Assembly: GCA_963804995.1 (NCBI GenBank)
Contig: CAWDSK010000005.1
Location: 928,001 to 992,000, forward strand
Length of the DNA: 64,000 nt
Direction: 5' to 3'
Origin: an uncultured Acidobacteriota bacterium
Lineage (GTDB): Bacteria; Acidobacteriota; Terriglobia; UBA7540
The notes beneath the pieces are model-generated. The model had not been told where the DNA came from, made no database searches, and saw only the letters and a program-made list of their open reading frames with translations. The translations under genes were made by a program, and so were the position numbers. Shown piece after piece: positions 42,226 through 52,991 of this stretch; position 1 is the first letter of the stretch; each line of letters opens with the position of its first letter.

Positions 42226-44650
42226 TCATGGCACCCTGCATTCAAGGGATTTGCGAAAAGCCGGGTGAATACAATAGCAGAACTGTTGAAGCCCGCTCTT
42301 CATCTTCTGCACGTTATGTTCGAACTGGTACGAATACCGTTCCCGATCATCTGGGTAGGTATAAATACCTAGAAAACCGAACCATAGGAGGAGGTCTTTT
42401 ACCTTGTCCACATCCTCCATCCTGATACCTGCCTCCGCAAGCGCTATTGAAACATCTGAGGGGGTAAGCTGAGCCAATGACCCTATGAACGCATACGTCG
42501 CATTTCCAAATTCCGGCTTTACATCCTTCAACTCAAAGCTAAGATCAACCAGTGCGTCCTCGGAGTACGATCTTTCCGCCGTACAAATGTCGTCCTCAAG
42601 CACTAGTTCATGGCCCCTATTCACTGCCACGTTGATGCAGTCTCTCATAAACCGCAAAACCTCGCGGGGCCGCATGAGGGTCCTTTCAAGAATGTACGAG
42701 AAGGATTCTTCGCCTGATACATGGCTTACAAAGAAGAGTCTCCATAGCTCGTCAAAACTCTCGTCAAGTCCCGTGCTTAGAACGATCCTTCTTCTTAGCA
42801 TTTCCTTGAGCGTTTCCGGGTCGTTCCAATCTAGCAGGGCGGCATTGTCCTTTCCTCGGTCGGCCGGGTCGACTATTAGGTGGTCATATATGTCATTTCT
42901 CAGGAAAACCACGGCATGCAAGTCAACGGACCGGCTTTCGAATTGCCGTTGCAGTTTTCTAGTTGCCTCAAGCAAACTCTTAATTAGGGAAATGTCTTCA
43001 TTCTTCACGTCGAATATCGGCCATCCTTTATCCAAATTGTCGAATAGAAGCCAAATATCCTCCTTCCTGCTCGCGCGCACGAATTCTCCTATGGCATCAT
43101 TGAGTGGTCGGATGTCCTTTCGGTAGATGAGTTGGGTCACCTCAGCTGCCGCACCCACCTTTCCGATCGAATCTTTTCGTTTCAGGATCTCGTCAACGAG
43201 TGCCAAGAGGCGCTCAGAAAAATCACCTTGCTCTGCGCCCGAGACAGAGTAGGTTTCGTAAGCCGCCCGGGTCGCCTCGTAAGCTCCCCGGAGGCGTTCG
43301 TCACGATATGATTGCGGCTCCTCGAAATGAACAATCTTGTGAGCAATTTCCATTAACAACAGGTAATTCCAGAATGCCGTAAGGACATGCATTTGTAAAC
43401 CGGGCGAAAGGTCCTTTAGGACGGTCTCGCGCAATTTAGTAAACTGATGACCCTCCGGTTTCAAATCTAGAACCAAACGCGACCGCTCCTGTGAGTATGC
43501 AGCACGAATCCCGTAGAAGATGGCTGTCTTTCCGGCTCCCTTCCGACCCACGACCAGCCTGGCGTGCCCGCGCTTGGCCTCGTTGTATTGCCCAGTAGGG
43601 ACGAAATAGGAGCGGAGCGCAAGGATTCTCGTTTTCCGCCGCCAAGTCTCCCAGGTCAACCTTCTCGAGGGGGGTCAAGGGAAGAGACGTGGGAATGAAA
43701 CGGCTGTCCTGTAGCATCCCTACAACCGACTTAATGAATGGAATTATTAGGTCGGGTATTGCCTTCGGAGTCTTGTAGCAACGGATTACGTCCCGATAGT
43801 CGATCGGCTGCGTAACTTGGGTTTCCTGCAACATCAGGACATGCTTCCCTGCGGCCATCGCTAGCCCCGCTACAAAGGAGCACCGTGAATTGTGGGGAAT
43901 GTAGCCGGCGCGATTTGGAGCCATCAAGTGGACCACGACACCAAGCGACGACTGAACCTGTTTGAAGGCCTCGTGCAACGAAAGACGAGCCGACTCCCTT
44001 GGATCGAATGCACGGAATCGGAGCCCGGACTTCTTCAACGCGGACATTAAACGTACCATTCCCTCGCTTTGAATCGGACTCTTCATGAGATAAAGGGGTT
44101 GCTCTTTGTTTATGGGAGGCCCCTGGGGCAAGGCGAGACTGGGTGCTGGCTTGGTGAGAAGCTCGTTTGCTATTTCCAACGAGTTTTGGAAGTCGAAGTA
44201 TCCCAGAGTATCGATTAGCCCCAGTTCTGCGAAGGTCCTGGCGTCTTGTATGTATGATGTGTCACGGATTGGAAGGACAGGGATGCCGAGACCGATTGCG
44301 TAACCTATTTCGAACAGAAGATTGAAATTCAATGTTGTCACATCGGCTACGATGAACCTCGTGAAACGCATGCCCTTGCAAATTTGGCAAAAGATTATTT
44401 GGCCAGAAACTCCAAGGTCCTTCCATCCCAGCCAGTTCTTATTGCCTGCAACAGCTTTCAGGCGCCTTAAGGCTTCTTCAATGGTGCTCGCGATAATCTG
44501 GGGTTCGGCCGGATATAGGAATAGCGCGTCTGAGCGGACTGTGTTCTCAAAGGATTGGTCGCAAGGACCGGCGGCATACTCGCAAAAAAGTGGTGGCTGC
44601 GCGATTAACGGCAACTGCATGTTCGGCAGGCTCGAGGACATCCGACACAC
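42226..44650 (-). CDS. NDT/TIR-like domains fused to a P-loop ATPase (Sll1717-like), frameshift near 43625
   Basis: IVADVTTLNFNLLFEIGYAIG. DLGDLAAENE continues as LRSYFV in the next frame, then GRKGAGKT, LFDNLD, FLRNDI, RPRE. Confidence 0.8.
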
Positions 44651-44888
44651 CGCTTCCCTGCTCTTAAGGCGACCGCATCCATTGTGCTCTTTGTGATGGG
44701 TGCGGCTTATTGTGCTTCAAAGACGCACTCGTCGCGTTTAGCTCGGGCGGCCGCGTCGTGGTCCCTGTATACACCTACTGTGGGAGCATCGCAAGTGGGA
44801 AGGGTAGGTTACAGTGGACGGGTTACCGGGACCGCGGAGAGTAGGTGAATTCTGAAGTGCGAATCATGGAAAACAGATTTCGTCGCCT

Positions 44889-45135
44889 GTAGCGACTATG
44901 GGCCGGACCTATCTTGAGGTCCGCCGCTTTTCGCGCCCGCCAACGTTTGTAAGCTCAGTTCAATGTTGCCTCCGCGCGGCATCTGAGAACAGTGGCTAGT
45001 GGTTAGTGGCTAGTGGCTAGTGCTACGAACAGTGACGAAAGGCAAGTGACAAGTGACGAGCAAGGTCCCAAGTCCGAAGCACGGGATCGAAGATCGAAAC
45101 TCGGAAATCGAGAATCCCAAATCACCAATCGAAAA
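44889..45135 (+). repeat. Left scaffold repeat (homologous to 53514-53770)
   Basis: Shared AGGTCCGC.GCTTTTCGCGC, TTGCCTCCGC.CGGCATC and GTGACAAGTG.CGAGCAAGG blocks, plus heptamers. Confidence 0.7.
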
Positions 45136-45142
45136 TCGTCAA

Positions 45143-45358
45143 TTAGAGGTCTTCCGGCTTAAGGCCGGTGTGCTTGGCGATGCGGGCAAGCATTCTGGGT
45201 CCAATTTCCTCCGAGGCATGGAACGCCCAGGTGAATTCACCTTTGTGGGGGTGGCTAAGTTGAATGTGCGAGGAACCCTTTTGTGCCTTGACGGACCAAC
45301 CGCTTCGGAGAAGGGCACTGAGAACCTTGCGGGCTTTTGTACTCGGCCAGTGACTCAA
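45143..45358 (-). CDS. hicA: HicA family toxin
   Basis: GWSVKAQKGSSHIQL, EIGPRMLARIAK. Confidence 0.88.
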   Translation of the reverse strand: MSHWPSTKARKVLSALLRSGWSVKAQKGSSHIQLSHPHKGEFTWAFHASEEIGPRMLARIAKHTGLKPEDL

Positions 45359-45576
45359 GGGCAGCAGGCAATGGAGATTTCGAGGGGTTTGTCCTTCTTC
45401 TCTTTCTCGATTTCGTCGGCAAGCACGCGCAGGGCAAGTGCCTTAACCTTGGCCACCGCTTCCCGTTTGTTCTTGCCATAGGCGAGGACTCCAGGAAGTG
45501 AGGTGATTTCGGCAATCCAACGCCCGTCCTCTTCGCGGTCCAGCTCAATCTGAAACTTCACGCGGCTCTCTCCCAT
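45355..45576 (-). CDS. hicB: HicB family antitoxin (upstream of hicA)
   Basis: REEDGRWIAEITSLPGVLAYG. Confidence 0.88.
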   Translation of the reverse strand: MGESRVKFQIELDREEDGRWIAEITSLPGVLAYGKNKREAVAKVKALALRVLADEIEKEKKDKPLEISIACCP

Positions 45577-45664
45577 CCGGTTTTCGCTAGTGCCATCGTA
45601 AAACACGGCCGGCGGCAGGTCAATGTCGAAATATCACCGCTTCTCTACGTGTGGCGCCGGTTGC

Positions 45665-45993
45665 TGTAGCGGCGTTCGCCGCCTCGGTTCACTATTGCCC
45701 CCGCACGGCATCCCGCGCAGTTTGTGCCACAGCCGACCTGCCCCGATGCATTGGGGTCTTGGCCGTGACCCTTCACGGGCGGGAGAAGCTGTGAAAAAAT
45801 AGATAATCTCGCGCAGAGCCGCTGAGGCGCAGAGATTTTAAGCAAATAACTGATTTGTTTTCTTTGGGGCCTCCGCGCCTCTGCGCGAGATGCTTTTGCT
45901 CGTTCAGGGATTTTTTCACGGCTTCGGACGCCCGCGGCACTTTTCTCGGACAATTCGTTGCCCGCATTGCATTTTAGGGCTACCGGTAGCCCA
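45665..45993 (+). repeat. Right scaffold repeat with a nested MITE (45785-45925); near-copy of 54374-54750
   Basis: Long near-identity; MITE ends GAAGCTGTGAAAAAAT / ATTTTTTCACGGCTTC with a GGA duplication. Confidence 0.85.
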
Positions 45994-46550
45994 AATCGTA
46001 CGCAGGGGTATTGACTTTGCCATAACAATAGTGGTTATCATAAGGGGTGGAAGCGATGGCGTCCTCATGAAGTAGTGCCGAGCCTGCTATGAGTGGGACG
46101 AAGGATCGGCAGATCGGGCACCCGCGAAAAATGCTCACCATAAGGCGGCGCTGCAATGGCCTCGGCTCTCGCGATGTGTCGCATAATAAAGGTGTTAGCG
46201 GTTAAGACTCGAAACTTGTCGAAACCCTATCTCATTCATTTAACAAGGGTTAGCATGAACTGCGGGAGCCGATGCGAAAAAACGCGGGGGGAAAAAATGA
46301 AGGATAGTGTCGCGATATTGTTGAAAACAGATTCCAGCCTGCGCCAATTGTGGCGGCTCACCCGTGGTCCGCCGGGGGGCGCTGATCTGTAGAGATGTTA
46401 AAAATGAAGGAACCTCCGGGGATGTGTATGAAAACACAGGAGAGGGGACAATTTGTCAGGCTATTTTTCGAGCTTTTTACAGAAAATTCCCGAGTTTTGC
46501 GACTATGGAGGGCAATCGAGCGGGATTGTTGGCCTGAAATACGCGAATTG

Positions 46551-47257
46551 GGGTATCCACTTGACTCAGCCACCCCCTACATCTTGTGGTTTGGCCGGGG
46601 CGGTTCGGATGATGGAGGCGTAGGTGGCTGGTTCTACGGCGACAGCCTGTTGCACAAGCCGAAAGAACAATTTGCCCCGGCTGCGCGATCTCCGGCGGTT
46701 GAACCGGAAGGTGAACTCGTCCAAATAATAATCTAGGTGTTCGATACGGACGGCCCCTTGATGGGTACCCAGCAGCCATCGCTTGAGCAGCGAGATAACC
46801 CGATGGACCCGTGGCAACAGATCGGACGGAGACTTCTCGGGATTTCGACCCGAGGTGGTCCAATGGCGGTAACCCCTCCACCTCCACCGTTCCGGCCAAC
46901 CGGTCCCGGCCCGGTCGTACCATCGCCCGGCGCAGTTTATGCAGCCAAGCCCAAGCGGTCTGGTAACTTCCCAACCCCAACACCCGCTGCAGCCCCAAGG
47001 CACTCACGCCGTTTTTCTGAGTGGTCACCCACCACATCGCCCGGAACCAAACTGTCAACGGGGTGTGCGTGTCCTGGAAGATCGTTCCTGCTGTCACCGA
47101 TGCCTGGCGACCGCACCCCGCACACTGCCACAGACCCGAACGCATCGACCAAGACGTGGCCGCCCCGCAGCCCAGACTCAGTGCCTCTGTCGCCGTCCGA
47201 GCTGACCCTTGTCTTCTCTTCAACCTTTGCAATACATGCGTTCTAGGCAGGGACACG
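46551..47257 (-). pseudogene. IS1595-family transposase remnant with an internal deletion
   Basis: CAGC..SVTAGTIF, GVSALGLQRVLGLGSYQTAW, then a jump to LKRWLLGTH..YLDEFTFRFNRR; probable end GGGTATCCACTTGACTC. Confidence 0.85.
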
Positions 47258-48961
47258 TCAGGGGGGGAGCCCGATGCGGTCAAGCAGGTTACGAAAGCGA
47301 GCCGAGTGTGCGAGGGGTTCAAACCTTGGGTCGCAGTTGAGGAAAACCAGAAGCGGGTCGTGCTGCTCGTAGGCCTTTTCGATGCACCCCAAAGTGCATT
47401 CGTTGTTTCCCAGGTGGACCGCCGCCTGCGCCAGGAAGATGTAACGCACGTATTGTTGTTTGCTCAGGGTGGCCAACTCTTCCAGCAGGCGCTCCGCGGA
47501 CGTTCGTCGCCCCGCCAGGGCATAGACAGAACAGAGCGTTGAAGTAAAGATGGTCTGGCTCCTGGCGAGGGCTCTGGCCTTCTCGCAATGGGTAAGGGCG
47601 TGAGCGAAATCGCCCTTTTGTGCCAAGCACACCCCCAGCATCATGTGAATCAGGGCCGTGGAGGGATCATGGCTCAGTAGCTTTCGGCAAACCTCGATGG
47701 CCAGATCGTAACTCCGGGCGAGGATTCCCAGAACGGCCAGCGCCGAGCCGATTACCGGCGACAGGGGGTCGAGCCGCAACGCCTGTCTCAGCTCCTCGGC
47801 GGCCTCGTCAGGCCTAAAGACAACCAAGTGACACGCGGCCAGGAGCATCCACGCGCTTCCATCGCTGGAATTAAGCTCGATGGCGCGCCGGCAACTGGCC
47901 TCGGCTTCCGGCCAGTTCCAAGCGCCGAAGAGGTGCCATGCCGCCAGCGCGGCATGGGCGCGGCAGAGCTGCGGATCCAAATCCAAGGCCTTCAGGGCAA
48001 GTTCCCTGGTTGCCCACAACGCGGCGGCGGGTGGATAGTCGTACCAAAAGGCCAGACGAAACCAGGCCGTGGCGAGTTCGGCGTACGCGGGAGCACAATT
48101 CGAGTCGATGGCAACCGCCCGGCTGAAAACATCAAGGCTCTTCTTGATATCCGCCTCCGACCACTGGAAAAGCAGGGTCCCTGAAAGGTAGGCATTATGG
48201 GCCGCCGGGATCCAGGTGGTCTGCGGATGCGGGTTCTGCGTAATAGGCAAGCCGAGCTTGGCTGACAGGGCGCCAGCAAGTTCCCGTGCCAACCCTTGCT
48301 GGAGTGAAAATAAAGCCGGGAGCTGGATTTCAAAACTATCTGCCCAGACTTGGGCCTGGTCGCGCGCCGCAATGAGTCGTGCGGTCAGGCGGACCTGCCG
48401 CCCGTGCCAGCGCAATCCTCCCTCCATGACGTAATCCACGCCTAATTCCTTCCCGATTTGCTCGATGCTTTTCGCCAATTGCTTGTAGTACACGACCGAG
48501 GTGAAACCGATGACCCGGAGATGTCCCGGACTCAGTTGGCCGAATTCGGAAATGACTTCATCGGTGAGGGCGTCCGCAAACGTTCCCTTCGCAGGATTGC
48601 TCGTAAAGTTTCTGAAGGGAAGGACGGCAATCATGATTGGCCGCCCTGAGGAGGGTTCGTGTTTTGTAATCCCAGCGAGTGCTGGCAAAAGCCCTGAGGT
48701 GAGGGGCCCCGGGCCATGACCCGTACTTTCCGCCCTCCTGCGACTCTTTAGCCAAGCATCAATCTTATCGGTGAAGGCATAGACTGTTTCTTTCTTATGA
48801 TGCAGGTGACGGCGGACCGGCAGACCCTCCGCCCGCTCCCAGCGGCGGACCGTCCGCGGGCTGCGCTTCAGATAGGCCGCAATTTCCTTCCAGGAATCGA
48901 GTCGCAGTCCGGGGGCGGGAGTGACAATGCTCGGCTCCGGGGACGTTCCTGCGTTTGACAC
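47258..48961 (-). CDS. MerR/excisionase-like HTH + TolB-like + TPR regulator
   Basis: RLDSWKEIAAYLKRSPRTVRRWE, IAVLPF, TPR repeats, C-terminal DPRFEPL. Confidence 0.85.
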   Translation of the reverse strand: MSNAGTSPEPSIVTPAPGLRLDSWKEIAAYLKRSPRTVRRWERAEGLPVRRHLHHKKETVYAFTDKIDAWLKSRRRAESTGHGPGPLTSGLLPALAGITKHEPSSGRPIMIAVLPFRNFTSNPAKGTFADALTDEVISEFGQLSPGHLRVIGFTSVVYYKQLAKSIEQIGKELGVDYVMEGGLRWHGRQVRLTARLIAARDQAQVWADSFEIQLPALFSLQQGLARELAGALSAKLGLPITQNPHPQTTWIPAAHNAYLSGTLLFQWSEADIKKSLDVFSRAVAIDSNCAPAYAELATAWFRLAFWYDYPPAAALWATRELALKALDLDPQLCRAHAALAAWHLFGAWNWPEAEASCRRAIELNSSDGSAWMLLAACHLVVFRPDEAAEELRQALRLDPLSPVIGSALAVLGILARSYDLAIEVCRKLLSHDPSTALIHMMLGVCLAQKGDFAHALTHCEKARALARSQTIFTSTLCSVYALAGRRTSAERLLEELATLSKQQYVRYIFLAQAAVHLGNNECTLGCIEKAYEQHDPLLVFLNCDPRFEPLAHSARFRNLLDRIGLPP

Positions 48962-49060
48962 GTTGAGGCTCCAGGGACCCGCGTTGCCACAACTTTAAAC
49001 CATTTCCGGGCAAGCTTCAAAGCAAATGTACGAATTTACCAAGTGGGCCGTGGCAAAAGT

Positions 49061-49100
49061 TATGGCCAAGTGCGGCCAAACGCGGCCACGAAGGCCATGG
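49061..49100. promoter_or_regulatory. Helically phased GGCCA direct repeats in the divergent intergenic region
   Basis: GGCCA at 49064, 49074, 49084 and 49093. Confidence 0.5.
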
Positions 49101-49226
49101 CCCGCTTTGTCCGTTGCCGCCCTTGGCATTGGCCGCGTAGTTTGGATGAGGGGAAGAAAGATCAATCAAGGATTCATTCGCGGGCCGGCGCCACCAAGAC
49201 CAAGGCGATCAACTAAAAGGGGGAGT

Positions 49227-49580
49227 ATGAGTTTGGAAGTGCAGATTCATGAGGGAGAGACCCACTTGTCAATAAAAGCTGTGGGCCAATACAGTCTGGC
49301 CAATCTCCACGACCTTTTCGATCGAGTAGGAAAGGAGAGTGAGAATCGTGCCAAGCAGAGAATAATCCTCGATGTCACCGAGGTTGCTGGGGCCATTCCA
49401 GTTTTGGACATGCTGAAGCTGGGCGAGCATTGTGCCCGGTTTTGGGAGCAGGCGCTCAAAGTTGCGATCATATCCCCGGTGGGGGGGCTCAACATGTTCT
49501 TCGAGAATGTCGCATGGAACCGAGGAGTACAAATAGCTGTTGTTCCGAATCAAGGCGCGGCGATTGAGTGGGTAAGGTGA
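49227..49580 (+). CDS. STAS/SpoIIAA-like small protein
   Basis: GGGAG RBS; IILDV, KVAII, FFENVA.NRG, AAIEW pattern. Confidence 0.75.
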   Translation: MSLEVQIHEGETHLSIKAVGQYSLANLHDLFDRVGKESENRAKQRIILDVTEVAGAIPVLDMLKLGEHCARFWEQALKVAIISPVGGLNMFFENVAWNRGVQIAVVPNQGAAIEWVR

Positions 49581-49623
49581 TCAGCGAACTGATGGATATG
49601 ACTGTCTCGAGTGAGGACTACAG

Positions 49624-49884
49624 ATGGGAAAGAAGACCCGGCAAAACGCTATTCGGGTGACCAGCGAGTTGTTCGAGCTGGGAAGAATGATGATGTCCCG
49701 TAGAAGCGCAGGGAACTTCTCAGAATATGTTCGAGGTCTGATTCTGCTGGACGCCGCTCATCACTCCCCCGAGCTGCTGGCCGGCCATGACCTTCCTGTA
49801 TGGATCACCAGGGATAAGAGATTCGAATTGTATTTTTTCACCAGAGAGGACAATGCCGTGGAAGAAGAGGAAGGTACAGCATGA
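49624..49884 (+). CDS. Putative RHH DNA-binding protein
   Basis: GAGG RBS; AIRVTSELFE..NFSEYVRGLI. Confidence 0.55.
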   Translation: MGKKTRQNAIRVTSELFELGRMMMSRRSAGNFSEYVRGLILLDAAHHSPELLAGHDLPVWITRDKRFELYFFTREDNAVEEEEGTA

Positions 49885-50240
49885 ATTTGGAAGTGCAAGT
49901 TCAAGAGGTGAACAACTACTTGTCACTAAGCGCCGAGGGCCAATACAGTCTCGCTGGTCTATTCGGCCTTTGCGACAGAGTGAAAGCCGAGAGTGATAAA
50001 AGTACCCATTAAAGAGTCATCCTTGATGTCTCCAGGATTACTGGAACCATTCCACTAATGGACATGTTTATGCTGGGCGAACATTGTGCAAAGGTCTGGA
50101 AAGGGTCATTCCGGATCGCGCTCATTTCCCCGCCAATGGGAATCTACGAATTCTTCGAGAATGTCGCCAGCAACCGAGGAGTACCAATAGCGGTGGTTCC
50201 GAATCAAGCCGCGGCGATGGAGTGGTTAGCTTTGCACTGA
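49881..50240 (+). pseudogene. STAS-like paralog of 49227-49580 with an in-frame stop
   Basis: MNLEVQ..GQYSL..STH*RVILDV..FFENVASNRG; TAA at 50010-50012. Confidence 0.8.
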
Positions 50241-50458
50241 GTCTCGATAACCCACCGCCTTACCTGCTAGACAATCCACAACATTCCGTTATCCTAAATC
50301 TATCGTGCATTACAAATAGATATATGACTGCACTACGAATGCAATGCACGATATTTTCAAGTGGCTCCAGCCCCCGCCGATAAGTGTCCTGTGAACGGCA
50401 AGTGAGACCGGCAATTGAGTGATCTTCAGTTCACAAAATGGGGGAAAGAGGAGCCTTT

Positions 50459-51442
50459 ATGAAGAACCTGCAATACGTATTCATTCTCACGCTGGGCCTT
50501 CTGAGTATTCCAGTCCTGTGGGCGAAAGAGGGCGGCGACCAGTACCCGAACGGGGCGGAAAACTGGTTCGCGGGGGCCGTACCCCCGCCCGGCTTCTACT
50601 TTGTTAACTACTCTGGCTACTACGGCGGTGAACTCAAGAATGGTTCAGGTCAAAACGTCAATGTGAATGGAGCGACGCCGACCGTAGGCGCAGCTTTCGA
50701 CGCTCTCCGTTTTATAGATATGACTCGATTCAAGATCTTTGGGGCGGAGTGGGGGATGCATGTGATTGTCCCGGTCGTGTATCAAAGGATGGACTTTGGA
50801 GGCTGGAATAGCCGGGCGAACGTCGGTGACATTACCATCGACCCGCTCATCCTGGGATGGCATCACCCGACATGGCATGCCGCAGCGGCTTTTGACATTA
50901 ACCTTCCCACTGGGTACTACGACAAGAATGACCCGCGGGTGTGTATCGGTGCCCACTACTACAGCTTTGAGCCGATTGTAGCTTACAGCTACATGCCAAA
51001 ATCCGGTTGGGAAGTCTCCACGAAACTGATGTACAACCTGAAAACAATCAATCCTGCCACCCAATACCACTCGGGTCAGGAGTTCCACGCCGATTACGCC
51101 GCCGGCAAACACCTTGGGGCCTGGATGCTTGGAGCCACTGGCTATGTGGTCAAGCAGACAACCAATGATGTGGTCAATGGCCAAACCGTAGCCGCAGTGC
51201 CGGAGATGTGGGATACCGGTCGCCGAGGGGAGGCCCTGGCGGTGGGTCCCAGCGTTGGGTACACAAACAAGCGCCATATAACCTTTATCGTGCAGTGGCA
51301 GCACGAAACGCTGGTCAGGGACCGCTTTGGGGGAGACAAGTTCTGGTTCAAGATGATTGTCCCCACGGCCAGTCTGTTCCCTGGCCAGAAACATCAAGCC
51401 AGCAGCCGCAGTACCCACGCAAGCACTTTTCGTGGCATTTGA
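50459..51442 (+). CDS. SphA / MetA-pathway-of-phenol-degradation family outer-membrane protein
   Basis: Signal peptide; EGGDQYPNG, PPPG.Y, YHSGQEFHADY, KQTT.D. Confidence 0.85.
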   Translation: MKNLQYVFILTLGLLSIPVLWAKEGGDQYPNGAENWFAGAVPPPGFYFVNYSGYYGGELKNGSGQNVNVNGATPTVGAAFDALRFIDMTRFKIFGAEWGMHVIVPVVYQRMDFGGWNSRANVGDITIDPLILGWHHPTWHAAAAFDINLPTGYYDKNDPRVCIGAHYYSFEPIVAYSYMPKSGWEVSTKLMYNLKTINPATQYHSGQEFHADYAAGKHLGAWMLGATGYVVKQTTNDVVNGQTVAAVPEMWDTGRRGEALAVGPSVGYTNKRHITFIVQWQHETLVRDRFGGDKFWFKMIVPTASLFPGQKHQASSRSTHASTFRGI

Positions 51443-51499
51443 CGCGAAGGCCCGTAATCACCGTCTTCAGTTTGGGCGGGCGGACACCAAGGAGGACCA

Positions 51500-52102
51500 A
51501 TGAAAGCAACGGATTTCAATCTTGCGAAGGACCTGAAGTTTGACCTTCAAACCGGGATGACCACTCACCAAAGCAGCCGGCTGGTTATCCTGGATGCCAA
51601 CTCGATGGGCCTGCTACGGCAGAAGTTGCTGGAGAAGTTGGGATGGGAAAAGGCACGCGAACTGTTTCTCAAGTTCGGCTATCAGAATGGTTATGCCGAT
51701 TTCCTGCAAATGAAGCTGGCCTATAAATTCGACTCGGAAATGGACCTGCTCGCTTCCGGCCCGGTCATCCATACCTGGGAAGGTATTGTCCAAGCCACCC
51801 CAAAAGAAATCCGCTTTGACCGGAGCACCGGGGAATTCTTTTTCACGGGAGTGTGGTCAAACTCCTATGAAGCAGAGCAGTTTCTATGTTTCAACCAACC
51901 GGCAGCCGAGGCCGCCTGCTGGTCACTCGTGGGCTATGCCTCCGGGTGGTCCACGGCATTTTTCGGAAAACGTTTGTTGGCCCTTGAGCCGCGGTGCGTC
52001 GGCAAAGGGGACGATCACTGCGAATGGAAGATCCAACCGGAATCGGCTTGGGGCAAGGAAGCCGATCCCTATGTCGAAGCGTACAGGGAATTCCCTGTTT
52101 GA
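51500..52102 (+). CDS. Stand-alone XylR N-terminal + V4R ligand-binding protein
   Basis: RLVIL..MGLLR, GP..HTWEG, W.NSYEAE, CW.L.GYASG, E..C.GKGD..C. No AAA+ or HTH domain. Confidence 0.88.
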   Translation: MKATDFNLAKDLKFDLQTGMTTHQSSRLVILDANSMGLLRQKLLEKLGWEKARELFLKFGYQNGYADFLQMKLAYKFDSEMDLLASGPVIHTWEGIVQATPKEIRFDRSTGEFFFTGVWSNSYEAEQFLCFNQPAAEAACWSLVGYASGWSTAFFGKRLLALEPRCVGKGDDHCEWKIQPESAWGKEADPYVEAYREFPV

Positions 52103-52112
52103 GGAGTCTACT

Positions 52113-52304
52113 ATGGCAGCGAAACTCATGCAGTACTATCAATATATTTCCGACCAGGCGGGCGCCATGGGCAGGACCCAGCTCGCCATGAAAACCAAAG
52201 TCCCATCCACCAAAGCGGCAATGGAGCCAGACACGCCCGAAGCGATTCAGAGATTCATGGTGGCGGTGCGGGAAATCACCGGCAAGCCAGCGCCTGCATT
52301 GTAA
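52113..52304 (+). CDS. 63-aa protein coupled to the V4R gene
   Basis: GAGGAG RBS just after the V4R stop; LAMKTKVPSTKA..PDTPE..F..AV.EITG. Confidence 0.7.
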   Translation: MAAKLMQYYQYISDQAGAMGRTQLAMKTKVPSTKAAMEPDTPEAIQRFMVAVREITGKPAPAL

Positions 52305-52601
52305 TGAGCTTCATCTTCAGAGGGTTGGCGGATAGTGAGCACACCGACCGGCCAGGGAATTTGGAATTGGCCGCCGAGACAGGCGCCCGCCCAGATCAAT
52401 CATTTGAAGGATGAGAGCAAGATGAAAAGAGGAACCCATGGAGAGCACGGTACAAAACGTGCCGTGACAGAGCGCCCTGACGTTGTTGAGGAGGCCCACC
52501 GCTTACTCAGCGCAGCATCCGAAGGGCGGCTAACGTAGTCCTGCAAACGGGAACTGATTTCAGTTCTTTCGTGATGGGAAAGAAATCGAAGGGAGATCAT
52601 C

Positions 52602-52991
52602 ATGTACAAAATAGAAAAGCGGCCCTCCGCCTTTGTCCTGACCTTTGGAGGGAATATTAATAGGGAAGAGATGGACAAGTGGTGTTCCGATTCCCGCGGG
52701 CAGCTCGCTGGGACATCGGCCCCGTTTGGCGTGTTGGTCGACATGCGCGACCTCAAGCCCCTGGCGGCAGACGCCCAAGAAGCTATGGTTCGTGGCCAGA
52801 AGCTTTACAAGGAAGCGGGCATGCAGCGCTCGGCCGTGATCCTAAAAAACGCCGTTATCACATTGCAATTCCGCCGCCTGGCGAAAGAGTCCGGCATCGA
52901 TGCCTGGGAGCGATACATCGATGCATCATCTGAGCCGAAGTGGGAGGAAAAGGCGTTGAGCTGGATCAAGTCCGGCATTGACCCCAGCTAG
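52602..52991 (+). CDS. STAS/SEC14-like small protein
   Basis: GGGAG RBS; FGVLVDMRDLKPL, GMQRSAVI, ALSWI. Confidence 0.7.
   Translation: MYKIEKRPSAFVLTFGGNINREEMDKWCSDSRGQLAGTSAPFGVLVDMRDLKPLAADAQEAMVRGQKLYKEAGMQRSAVILKNAVITLQFRRLAKESGIDAWERYIDASSEPKWEEKALSWIKSGIDPS

Noticed and set aside
46150..46550. Short ORFs with LLKT-like motifs
   Set aside because: They derive from recurring GAT(G/A)T..TGAAAACA-type non-coding motifs; no coding evidence.
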